Shown here: positions 56,780 to 64,000 of the stretch, piece after piece
How the letters are laid out: every line of letters starts with the position of its first letter
Position numbering within the stretch: the stretch's first letter is position 1
Notes under the pieces: generated by a model
Told to the model about the DNA's origin: nothing
Seen by the model: only the letters and a program-made list of their open reading frames with translations
Databases searched by the model: none
Source: an uncultured bacterium
GTDB taxonomy: Bacteria > Patescibacteriota > Minisyncoccia > Phycocordibacterales > PALSA-1337
DNA length: 64,000 nt
Reading direction: 5' to 3'
Assembly: GCA_903872035.1 (NCBI GenBank)
Contig: CAIQIZ010000029.1
Span: 479 to 64,478 of the forward strand
Program-made: the position numbers and the translations under genes

Positions 56780-57745
56780 GTGACCATGAGGCGTTTTGTA
56801 TACGTTATATCCCTAGCTATACTGGTAATCGCAGGTATTTTCATGTACCAAAGATCAGCCATCGTCCAGCAGGTGTTCAATAAGATAGCAATCGGCATAA
56901 AGAATGCGTATTCTCCACCGGTACCCTGCACTCAACCTACCCTGTATTCAGTAGATTCATTCGACGACCGATTTGGCATAGATGTCGGTCAATTCCGGGT
57001 CGATATTGCCAAAGCCGCCACTGTTTGGAACGCCGCTCTGGGAAAAACGCTTTTCAAATACGATCCCGCCGGCCCATTGAAGGTTAACTTGATCTACGAT
57101 TACCGCGAACAAGCTACAGTCCAATTGAAGAAGATAGACATGGCCATAAGCACAGACAAAGGCACCTACGAGGCACTCAAAGCGAAATATGACAGTCTCC
57201 AGCAACAATATTCAGTCCGTAAGGCTTCCCTCCAATCGAGAACCGACTCATACAATCAAGCGCTATCAGCTTACAATGCCCTGGTGGCTTCCTGGAACGA
57301 CCGTGGCGGCGCTCCGCAGGCTGAATATCAGAATCTCCAGACAACAAAGCAAAACCTGGCAAACCAAGCAGCTTCTATTACAAAAGACCGCGCATCTTTC
57401 AACCAATTGGTAGAAAACTTGAATTCAACGGCCGCCGAACTAAATAGCCTCGGCCGGACACTGAACATGAACGTCAAAAATTATAATACCGTCGGAGCCT
57501 CGACTGGCGAGCAATTCAGCGAGGGCGAATATGTGCAAGATTCAGGCAGTACGCGCATCGATATCTACCAGTTCAAAGATGAGAATCAGCTCATCCGAGT
57601 CCTAGAACACGAGCTCGGTCACGCCCTCGGACTGGGGCACGTCAATGATCCCAAAGCCATCATGTATTATCTGAACTCGGGAACAAATGAGAAGCTGACA
57701 GAGGCAGATCTCTCCGAATTGAATGCGATCTGCAGCCAAAAGTAG
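56780..57745 (+). CDS. Membrane-anchored matrixin-like zinc metalloprotease (M10 family) with a coiled-coil region
   Basis: 'LEHELGHALGLGHVNDPKAIMY' is an HExxHxxGxxH plus Met-turn motif. N-terminal transmembrane segment. A Q/A/L-rich coiled-coil middle region. Confidence 0.75.
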   Translation: MTMRRFVYVISLAILVIAGIFMYQRSAIVQQVFNKIAIGIKNAYSPPVPCTQPTLYSVDSFDDRFGIDVGQFRVDIAKAATVWNAALGKTLFKYDPAGPLKVNLIYDYREQATVQLKKIDMAISTDKGTYEALKAKYDSLQQQYSVRKASLQSRTDSYNQALSAYNALVASWNDRGGAPQAEYQNLQTTKQNLANQAASITKDRASFNQLVENLNSTAAELNSLGRTLNMNVKNYNTVGASTGEQFSEGEYVQDSGSTRIDIYQFKDENQLIRVLEHELGHALGLGHVNDPKAIMYYLNSGTNEKLTEADLSELNAICSQK

Positions 57746-58180
57746 CGGTCAGGTAATATTATATCGAGGCTTGGCTTTTGAAGGAATTGAACTATAATGC
57801 AGACAGAGAAAGGCCTCCATATGATAGACGATGAAACTTCAAAAAGTATCATGGCTGGTAGGCTCATCAGACTTGAAACTACCTGCGCCATCGAAGACGA
57901 GGTTATGAACCTAAAGGCGTGGCTCCAGCAATTCCGGCCTGTCGTCACCGTCAATGTTTTTACGGAACAAAACATTACTCGAGCGACATTGTGGATCGGC
58001 GCCCTGCCGCTCGATCGACGATCGCTTTTAGCCGGTACTCTGCGATCCAATCGTCTCAACTTCCGAATTCTGAACGGCAACTCGAGCTGACGCTTCAAGT
58101 ATCATCTCGAAAACGACGTTCACGTGATGTTAAATACCTATCGTGAACGCTTTTTTGTCCAACATAGCCTACACACAACA

Positions 58181-58576
58181 ATGAATCATCAAAATCAAAA
58201 TCGGATCTTCGTCTTTGGAAACCCTGACTTGGAGATGGATTCATTGCCTTTCAAACTCATGCCAAAGCTTGCCGAAGCCTTCCCTTCCATGCGATTCGAA
58301 TTGAAAGATCCAAATGAGGAATGGGATGTACCAGAAGAAATGGTAGTCATAGATGCTGTTATCGACTTGGAAAAGGTCACCATTTTCAATGACTTGGAAT
58401 CGTTCGACGCTTCGCCGCATCTTTCCATGCATGATTTTGATGCGCTCTCCAATCTAAAATACTTAAAGAAACTAGGTAAACTCAAGAAAATTACCATCAT
58501 TGGAGTACCCGTAGGGATAACTGAAGAGGAAGCATTTGAAAATATCACCAAAAGAATCAGAGAGGTCGTGAACTAG
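58181..58576 (+). CDS. [NiFe]-hydrogenase maturation endopeptidase (HycI/HyaD/FrhD family)
   Basis: 'RIFVFGNPDLEMDSLPFKLMPKL' matches the conserved N-terminal motif of hydrogenase maturation proteases. About 130 aa. Adjacent to the hydrogenase genes. Confidence 0.6.
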   Translation: MNHQNQNRIFVFGNPDLEMDSLPFKLMPKLAEAFPSMRFELKDPNEEWDVPEEMVVIDAVIDLEKVTIFNDLESFDASPHLSMHDFDALSNLKYLKKLGKLKKITIIGVPVGITEEEAFENITKRIREVVN

Positions 58577-58577
58577 A

Positions 58578-58604
58578 GACAAAAAAGCGACCTCGCGAGG
58601 CCGC
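58578..58604 (-). terminator. Intrinsic terminator for the minus-strand hydrogenase unit
   Basis: Minus-sense gcggcctcgcgaggtcgc followed by ttttttg. Confidence 0.55.
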
Positions 58605-58608
58605 CGTG

Positions 58609-59064
58609 TTAGATCGATCCATCCTTCTCAACTTCGGCAATGCCAAACAAATGGCAGTAAACCAAATCATCAGTGGCAATAGGAAGCTTGTACCTGTTGA
58701 AGGCACGAAATTTCTTGTCGCCAACAGCGATCAGAGCAGAAATCTCGTTGAAGCTCAGAACTTTACCGACAACGGTATCACATTGGCGCACTCGGCCTTT
58801 ATGCTTCCGCCAGAATGGTCTGACCAAATCTGTAGGCCAATCAGACAGAGTTCGAATGTCAAATCCAGTCTCTTGTGCAAATCGACCAGTCGCTGCCTGA
58901 TAGCAGTTTACCAACAATCTCGTATCTGGCTCTTCGTTTTGATCGACGCACCTGGTCAATTCATCAGCTTCGAACTGTCTAATTTGGCCCCGCTTTACCC
59001 TGAGGTCCAAGCAGAAATATGCGTATCGCAAGAAAAGCAGCTTTCCTGGTATATCAGAAATCAA
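58609..59064 (-). CDS. Hypothetical protein co-transcribed downstream of the hydrogenase large subunit
   Basis: A 151-aa ORF. The minus strand is preferred over the overlapping plus ORF because of the minus-strand terminator at 58578-58604. Confidence 0.35.
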   Translation of the reverse strand: MISDIPGKLLFLRYAYFCLDLRVKRGQIRQFEADELTRCVDQNEEPDTRLLVNCYQAATGRFAQETGFDIRTLSDWPTDLVRPFWRKHKGRVRQCDTVVGKVLSFNEISALIAVGDKKFRAFNRYKLPIATDDLVYCHLFGIAEVEKDGSI

Positions 59065-59126
59065 GTTTCCTTTCTAAAGGCCACAATAATTGGAGCCGAT
59101 TTATTATCTAAAATTAGGATAGCACC

Positions 59127-60506
59127 TTAGGCGCTGCATGTGTAGGGACCGTGATTGTGAGGATGATTTTGATCATGAGAATGACCGTGATCGTGAGAAT
59201 GTGGACCAGCATCTTTCCCCATCCACTTAACTTTCAAGAAATGTGCTCCACAACTCATACAAGGGTCATAAGCACGGATTAACTTCTCTATTTCCATACC
59301 GATCTTCTCTTTGGATTCAGTCTCTATGATAGGCTCAACGACGGCTGCCACATCTCTCTCGATATTCACTTGATTTTGTCCTGTTGGAACAATGACTTCC
59401 CCATCATGGACGATTCCCTGATCATCAATCACGACCTTGTGATACAAAGTGCCCCTCGGCGCTTCAATAACACCAATACCAGTACCAGCACGCATAGGAA
59501 CTTTTATGACAGGTTCTGGCTTGAAGACTGTGCTGCTCAAGATCTCTATCGATTCATCGATCGAATGCAAGATCTCTATAGCTTGCGCCAAATTGTTGTG
59601 GAAGATATTAGTCGATGGGAATAGCTTCAATGCTTCTGCAGCCGACTTCTTGGTATTCGGATGTAACTTATCTTTAGCTAGATTTATCCTGGCCAATGCT
59701 CCAACCATATAGCTCTCACCTTTGTATTTATATGCTGAGGCTTGAGAATATGGAAGCACTGTATGTTCCAAATGGGAGCGGAATTCCTTCTGTTCGTAGA
59801 CCTCACCTGTATCAGTGATGATCTTTCCACCGATATAGCCGAATGTGTCTTCTGGTATCAATGCCATAAACTTGGTCTTTCTGTCCAAGTGCTGTGAATC
59901 CTTAGCAAAAATCTCGATCAAGCGAAGAACGGCCGGTCTGGCAGCTTTCATTTCTTCTATACATTGAGCGGCGCCTTCAGGTGATGGAAATTGTAAGAAA
60001 CCACCAATGACTGGGAACGTGGCATGGACGCTTCTTCCGGCCACCAACTGCGAGAGATGATTTCCAGCAGACTTCACGTCGAAACCATCATGTAATAGCT
60101 GATGCTGCGTAGGGTCGTTATCATCAAAATCGAGAAAGGCGTCTTTATTGAATAGGTCAGGCATGACGAACAAATAGAGATGCAGAGCATGATCACGCGA
60201 AACCAAACCGTGCATGGTCAGCTTGCGGAGCAATTTCGTCTGTGGTGTGACTTCGATTCCTAGAGCATCCTCTGCTGCAGCAATAGCAGCCATGACATGA
60301 GCGTTGGAACATGTACCGCAGATCCTCGACAAATGGGCTGGAATAGCGGCGATGTTCTTGCCTTTCATAGCTTCGGTGAAGAAACGCTTGTACTCGACGA
60401 TAGCGAACTTCACATCGGTGACCTTGCCGTCATTCACGGTCACGTCCATTGAGGCGTCACCTTCTATTTTGGTTATGTGGTCTAGCCGTAGGTCGATTCT
60501 GTGCAT
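59127..60506 (-). CDS. [NiFe]-hydrogenase large (catalytic) subunit
   Basis: N-terminal 'RICGTCSNAH' (RxCGxCxxxH). C-terminal 'DPCMSCGAH' followed by a His-rich tail that matches a protease-cleaved extension. Confidence 0.88.
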   Translation of the reverse strand: MHRIDLRLDHITKIEGDASMDVTVNDGKVTDVKFAIVEYKRFFTEAMKGKNIAAIPAHLSRICGTCSNAHVMAAIAAAEDALGIEVTPQTKLLRKLTMHGLVSRDHALHLYLFVMPDLFNKDAFLDFDDNDPTQHQLLHDGFDVKSAGNHLSQLVAGRSVHATFPVIGGFLQFPSPEGAAQCIEEMKAARPAVLRLIEIFAKDSQHLDRKTKFMALIPEDTFGYIGGKIITDTGEVYEQKEFRSHLEHTVLPYSQASAYKYKGESYMVGALARINLAKDKLHPNTKKSAAEALKLFPSTNIFHNNLAQAIEILHSIDESIEILSSTVFKPEPVIKVPMRAGTGIGVIEAPRGTLYHKVVIDDQGIVHDGEVIVPTGQNQVNIERDVAAVVEPIIETESKEKIGMEIEKLIRAYDPCMSCGAHFLKVKWMGKDAGPHSHDHGHSHDQNHPHNHGPYTCSA

Positions 60507-60557
60507 GGTGATTATTAGGGATTAAAGATTATTTATCGGAAGTTTTGAATTCAAATA

Positions 60558-61043
60558 TTAATAAGATCGCAGCTCTTTAACAAGCGCGTTCACCTTCTCC
60601 AAAAAGACTTTTGGATCCATGGGGCAACCAGGAATCTCTACATCTACCTTTACCACATCGGAGACTTTCTTTACGTCGGTCAAAGCGCCGAATCTGGTCA
60701 GGAGATAATCAATACTGGCTTTTTGTTCTGCCGTAAAATTGTTGCGTTGACCAGCTGGCATGCCGACAATAGCACAGGCACCGACGGCCACAAGCTTCTT
60801 GGAACGATTGCGGATATCTTTGAGTTTCTCAACATGTTCTGGTGAAGCCATGGCACCTTCGATAAAAGCGATATCAAATTCATCCATGATATTGTTGGAC
60901 TTCAAGACGCGAGCGTGGCGAAAATCGAACATTTCTTTCCATTCCTGCCAGTGGTCATTCATGACTTCGGTCATGACGATAGTATTATCCTCACAACATG
61001 AGAATGAGAACCAGCCGATCTTGATCTTGGGTAGGTCTGCCAT
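60558..61043 (-). CDS. [NiFe]-hydrogenase small subunit, minimal form with only the proximal [4Fe-4S] cluster
   Basis: Cysteines at 'FSCCEDN', 'GACAIVG' and 'PGCPM', as in small subunits of group 3/4 enzymes. About 160 aa from the MADLPKIKI start. Confidence 0.8.
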   Translation of the reverse strand: MADLPKIKIGWFSFSCCEDNTIVMTEVMNDHWQEWKEMFDFRHARVLKSNNIMDEFDIAFIEGAMASPEHVEKLKDIRNRSKKLVAVGACAIVGMPAGQRNNFTAEQKASIDYLLTRFGALTDVKKVSDVVKVDVEIPGCPMDPKVFLEKVNALVKELRSY

Positions 61044-61082
61044 AAAAGTGATTGTATCATAATTATCATGTATAATTAAGGC

Positions 61083-62843
61083 GTGAGAAAATCCCACGAC
61101 AGTGTGTTCACAGTCGGCATAGGTGGAGCAGCCGGCGATGGTATCCGGGAATCGGGTTCCACTCTTGGCGCCATCCTGACCGAGCTCGGATATGAGTCGT
61201 TCATGTCATTCACCTATCCTTCGCTCATCCGCGGCGGGCACAATTTTGCGCGCATAACTTTCAGCAAAGACAAAGTCTACTCCGATCACGAAGCCTTGGA
61301 CGTCATGATCGCCTTGAATGAAGAGAGTGTCGTCTTCCATCGAGCCGAGATGGCCGAAAACTCCGTAGTCATGGCGGATACGTTTGAACAAGCCGACCTC
61401 GATGTGTTGAAAGACAAAGCTTTGGTAATTCCCATGCAAGCCAAGGCCAAGGAAATAAACGCTCCAGCCATCACCAGAAACTCAATGGCCCTAGGCGCAC
61501 TCTGTTATCTGCTCGACCTTGATTTTGATCTTATGCAAAAAGTCCTCGGTGATGTGTTCAAGAACAAAATGCCTGAGATGAATATCAAATTGGCCGATGC
61601 TGGGTACCAATTGCTCAAAGCCAAGGGATTCAAACATTCGAAAAAGATCCAGCCGAGCCAAGAAAAAAAACAATTCGTCGACGGCAACGAAGCTTTCGGC
61701 CGAGGCTTGGTAGCAGCGGGCCTCGACTTCTATGTCGGGTATCCGATGACTCCAGCAACAACCATACTTCAATACCTGGCTGGCGCAGCTCAAAAAGCCG
61801 CCCAGTCGCCCGAACGCGAAATCGGTTCGAATCTGCGCGTCATTCAACCTGAAAGCGAACTCTCTGTTATCAATATGGCCCTGGGAATGTCCTATGCCGG
61901 CAAGCGCGTGGCTATCGGATCCGCATCCGGCGGCTTCGCATTGATGCAAGAAGCTTTCAGCTGTGCAGGAATGGCCGAATTGCCGCTTGTTGTGGCTGTC
62001 TCCCAGAGACAAGCACCGGCTACCGGTTTACCTACATATTCTAGCCAAACTGACCTCCGTTTCGTCATTCATGCCGGTCATGGAGAATTCCCTAGGATCG
62101 TCGTCGCACCAGGCGATGGAGAAGAAGCATTCAAGCTTGGCGCAGACGCATTGAACTTAGCCTGGAAGTATCAGTTGCCAGTGATCGTATTGTTGGACAA
62201 GATTATTTCAGAACACATCACCTCGTGCGACTTGAAAACAGACGCGATTAAGATCGACCGTGGATTGATATTAACTGCTGCCGATAATTACGGCCGATAC
62301 CAAATCACTTCTGATGGCATCTCCCCTATAGCATTTCCAGGAACTTCCAATGCCGTAGTCAAAGTGACAAGCTATGAGCATGATCAGAATGGCATTACAG
62401 TCGATGATCCGGATGCTACCAAAGCCATGCTCAATAAGCGTTTCGCCAAATCTGACAGATTGAAGAAATCGCTCGGTGACCAAGAGACAGTCAAAGTATA
62501 TGGAGACCGTCTTAGCAAGGATGTCGTTGTTTTCTGGGGTTCGACTAAAGGACCTGTTTTGGAATCAGCCAGATATCTGAAGAAAAAAGTAAAATTCGTA
62601 CAAATCGTCTGGCTGGAACCTTTTGACGTCAAACGAGTTGCCAAAGAATTGGCTGGGGTAAGAAGAATAATCAACATCGAATGTAACCACGATGCCCAAA
62701 TGGCTAATTTGATCAGAGAGAAGACTGGCATCGAGGTGACGGATAAGATATTGAAATTTGATTCGAGGCCATTCGAGCCGGTGGCACTGGCCGAGGAGAT
62801 CAACAAGTCGCTAGGTGAAGCCTCGCGAGATCTCGCAAGGTGA
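61083..62843 (+). CDS. 2-oxoacid:ferredoxin oxidoreductase alpha subunit (KorA/PorA-type, fused domains)
   Basis: 586 aa. A pyruvate/2-oxoglutarate:ferredoxin oxidoreductase domain arrangement with conserved 'GYPMTPAT...' and 'VAPGDGEEAF'. Translationally coupled to the beta subunit. Confidence 0.8.
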   Translation: MRKSHDSVFTVGIGGAAGDGIRESGSTLGAILTELGYESFMSFTYPSLIRGGHNFARITFSKDKVYSDHEALDVMIALNEESVVFHRAEMAENSVVMADTFEQADLDVLKDKALVIPMQAKAKEINAPAITRNSMALGALCYLLDLDFDLMQKVLGDVFKNKMPEMNIKLADAGYQLLKAKGFKHSKKIQPSQEKKQFVDGNEAFGRGLVAAGLDFYVGYPMTPATTILQYLAGAAQKAAQSPEREIGSNLRVIQPESELSVINMALGMSYAGKRVAIGSASGGFALMQEAFSCAGMAELPLVVAVSQRQAPATGLPTYSSQTDLRFVIHAGHGEFPRIVVAPGDGEEAFKLGADALNLAWKYQLPVIVLLDKIISEHITSCDLKTDAIKIDRGLILTAADNYGRYQITSDGISPIAFPGTSNAVVKVTSYEHDQNGITVDDPDATKAMLNKRFAKSDRLKKSLGDQETVKVYGDRLSKDVVVFWGSTKGPVLESARYLKKKVKFVQIVWLEPFDVKRVAKELAGVRRIINIECNHDAQMANLIREKTGIEVTDKILKFDSRPFEPVALAEEINKSLGEASRDLAR

Positions 62844-62850
62844 AACCTCT

Positions 62851-63636
62851 ATGAATTCAATTCCCAACTTATCAACAACCGCAAAGATCACCTGGTGCCC
62901 AGGTTGCCCGAATTCGCAGATTCTGGTGGCTTTCAGGCAGACTATTGAAGATATGGTGTCATCCGGCGGCCTTAAGATCGAAAATCTGGTGGCGTGTGCT
63001 GGTATCGGATGCCATGGCAAAATTAGCGACTACTTAAACGTTAACACTTTCACCGCTTTGCATGGCCGAGTCATCCCTGTAATGACCGGAATAAAGTGTG
63101 CAAATCCAAATTTAACAGTAATAGGCATGAGCGGCGATGGCGATTCATATGATGAAGGATTCGAACACTTGATCCATGCCGCCAGACGTAATTCCGACAT
63201 AAAGCTTTTCATTCATGACAATCAGCTTTTCGCTTTGACCACCGGCCAAGCTTCGGCTGCAAGCCCCAAAGGATTCAAGGGCAAAACCACACCCGGCGGT
63301 AATATTGAAGAACCTTTCGATGCTATCCCTGTACTACTTCAAGCCGGTGCCACCTTCGTCGCCCGCTCCTACGCGGGTGACATCGCCGGCACCAAGCGCG
63401 TTATGGAAGCAGCCATCAAACACAAGGGCTTCTCATTCACGGAGATAATCCAGCCATGTATCACCTTCTTCGACACTCGCGACTATTTCAAAGAGCGCGT
63501 CTTCTGGCGTACCGGAGAGCCTGCCAGCAATGTCGACGACGCCATGAAGATGTCCCGCAAAGAAGGTGAAAAAGTGCCGCTAGGTGTGTTTTACAACGCG
63601 GTGAAGCCGACATTTGAGGAGCAAGTAATACATTAG
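62851..63636 (+). CDS. 2-oxoacid:ferredoxin oxidoreductase beta subunit (TPP-binding)
   Basis: 'TWCPGCPNSQIL' and the TPP motif 'GMSGDGDSYDEG'. Confidence 0.85.
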   Translation: MNSIPNLSTTAKITWCPGCPNSQILVAFRQTIEDMVSSGGLKIENLVACAGIGCHGKISDYLNVNTFTALHGRVIPVMTGIKCANPNLTVIGMSGDGDSYDEGFEHLIHAARRNSDIKLFIHDNQLFALTTGQASAASPKGFKGKTTPGGNIEEPFDAIPVLLQAGATFVARSYAGDIAGTKRVMEAAIKHKGFSFTEIIQPCITFFDTRDYFKERVFWRTGEPASNVDDAMKMSRKEGEKVPLGVFYNAVKPTFEEQVIH

Positions 63637-63664
63637 AACTCTAATCAATTCTCAATGAATCTTT

Positions 63665-64000
63665 ATAATCTTTTCAACCCCCGCTCCATCGCCGTCATCG
63701 GCGCATCCAACGACAAAAGTAAGGTCGGTTATGCTTTGGTGTCCAATCTTTTAAGCGGTGCCAAACGGGATATTTACCCCGTAAGCATCACTGAGAAAGA
63801 GATCCTCGGCTTGCAAGCGTATCCTTCAGTCAAAAACATTGAAGGTGAAGTGGACTTGGCCTTGATCGCCGTACGTGCAGACAGCGTTCCTTCAATACTT
63901 GAAGATTGCGGCGCCAAGAAGATCGGCACGGTGATCGTGATCGCGGCAGGATTCAAAGAGATGGGACCGGCTGGAGCGGAACTCGAAAAGCGCGTGACTG
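63665..64000 (+). CDS. Acetyl-CoA synthetase (ADP-forming) CoA-binding alpha domain, 5' part; continues past the window
   Basis: 'LFNPRSIAVIGASNDKSKVGYALVSNL...LALIAVRADSVPSILEDC' is the CoA-binding domain of NDP-forming acyl-CoA synthetases. Confidence 0.7.

Noticed and set aside
58606-59130. Plus-strand 174-aa ORF overlapping the minus ORF 58609-59064
   Set aside because: A hairpin plus T-run terminator exists only in the minus orientation at 58578-58604. Placement directly downstream of the hydrogenase large subunit fits the minus ORF.
1-64000. CRISPR arrays, rRNA genes, integrase or transposase genes, and prophage structural genes
   Set aside because: No regularly spaced direct repeats, no rRNA-like conserved blocks, and no tyrosine/serine recombinase or DDE transposase motifs were seen. 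The mobile signals are confined to the intron and homing endonuclease and to the tRNA-fragment repeats.

Overview
This window looks like a chromosomal segment from a small-genome bacterium. The gene set suggests a CPR/Patescibacteria-like lineage, but the sequence alone does not prove it. About two thirds are core housekeeping genes; the rest are accessory-looking segments.

Housekeeping genes (the core two thirds):
- Translation: hisS 3' part, proS, frr, def, fmt, hpf.
- DNA repair and replication: uvrA, a short uvrC, holB, and a PriA-like protein with degenerate helicase motifs.
- Cell wall and shape: ddl, mreB, and a MurA carrying an N-terminal XRE helix-turn-helix domain.
- Other: clpB, rseP, zwf, and a histidine-kinase/receiver pair.

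Accessory segments and their most unusual parts:
- A tRNA island at 9.2-11.1 kb with eight tRNA genes, several flanked by duplicated tRNA fragments and one by a small GIY-YIG nuclease gene.
- A tRNA-Asn(GUU) at 36.2-36.8 kb interrupted in its anticodon loop by a ~554-nt group I intron that encodes an HNH homing endonuclease. It is followed directly by a ~1.5 kb low-GC islet.
- A 37-51 kb stretch of single-gene units, mostly plus-strand and mostly secreted or membrane proteins, each with its own intrinsic terminator.
- A tandem pair of giant surface proteins at 51.6-56.7 kb. One has an N-terminal trypsin-like domain, and both share a C-terminal module. They are flanked by an MliC-like lysozyme inhibitor and an M10 metalloprotease.
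- A compact H2 and ferredoxin module at 58.1-64 kb: hydrogenase maturation protease, [NiFe]-hydrogenase large and small subunits, 2-oxoacid:ferredoxin oxidoreductase alpha and beta, and an ADP-forming acetyl-CoA synthetase.

A structured ncRNA with an SRP-RNA domain IV-like motif lies between holB and mreB. No CRISPR array, rRNA or obvious prophage was seen.
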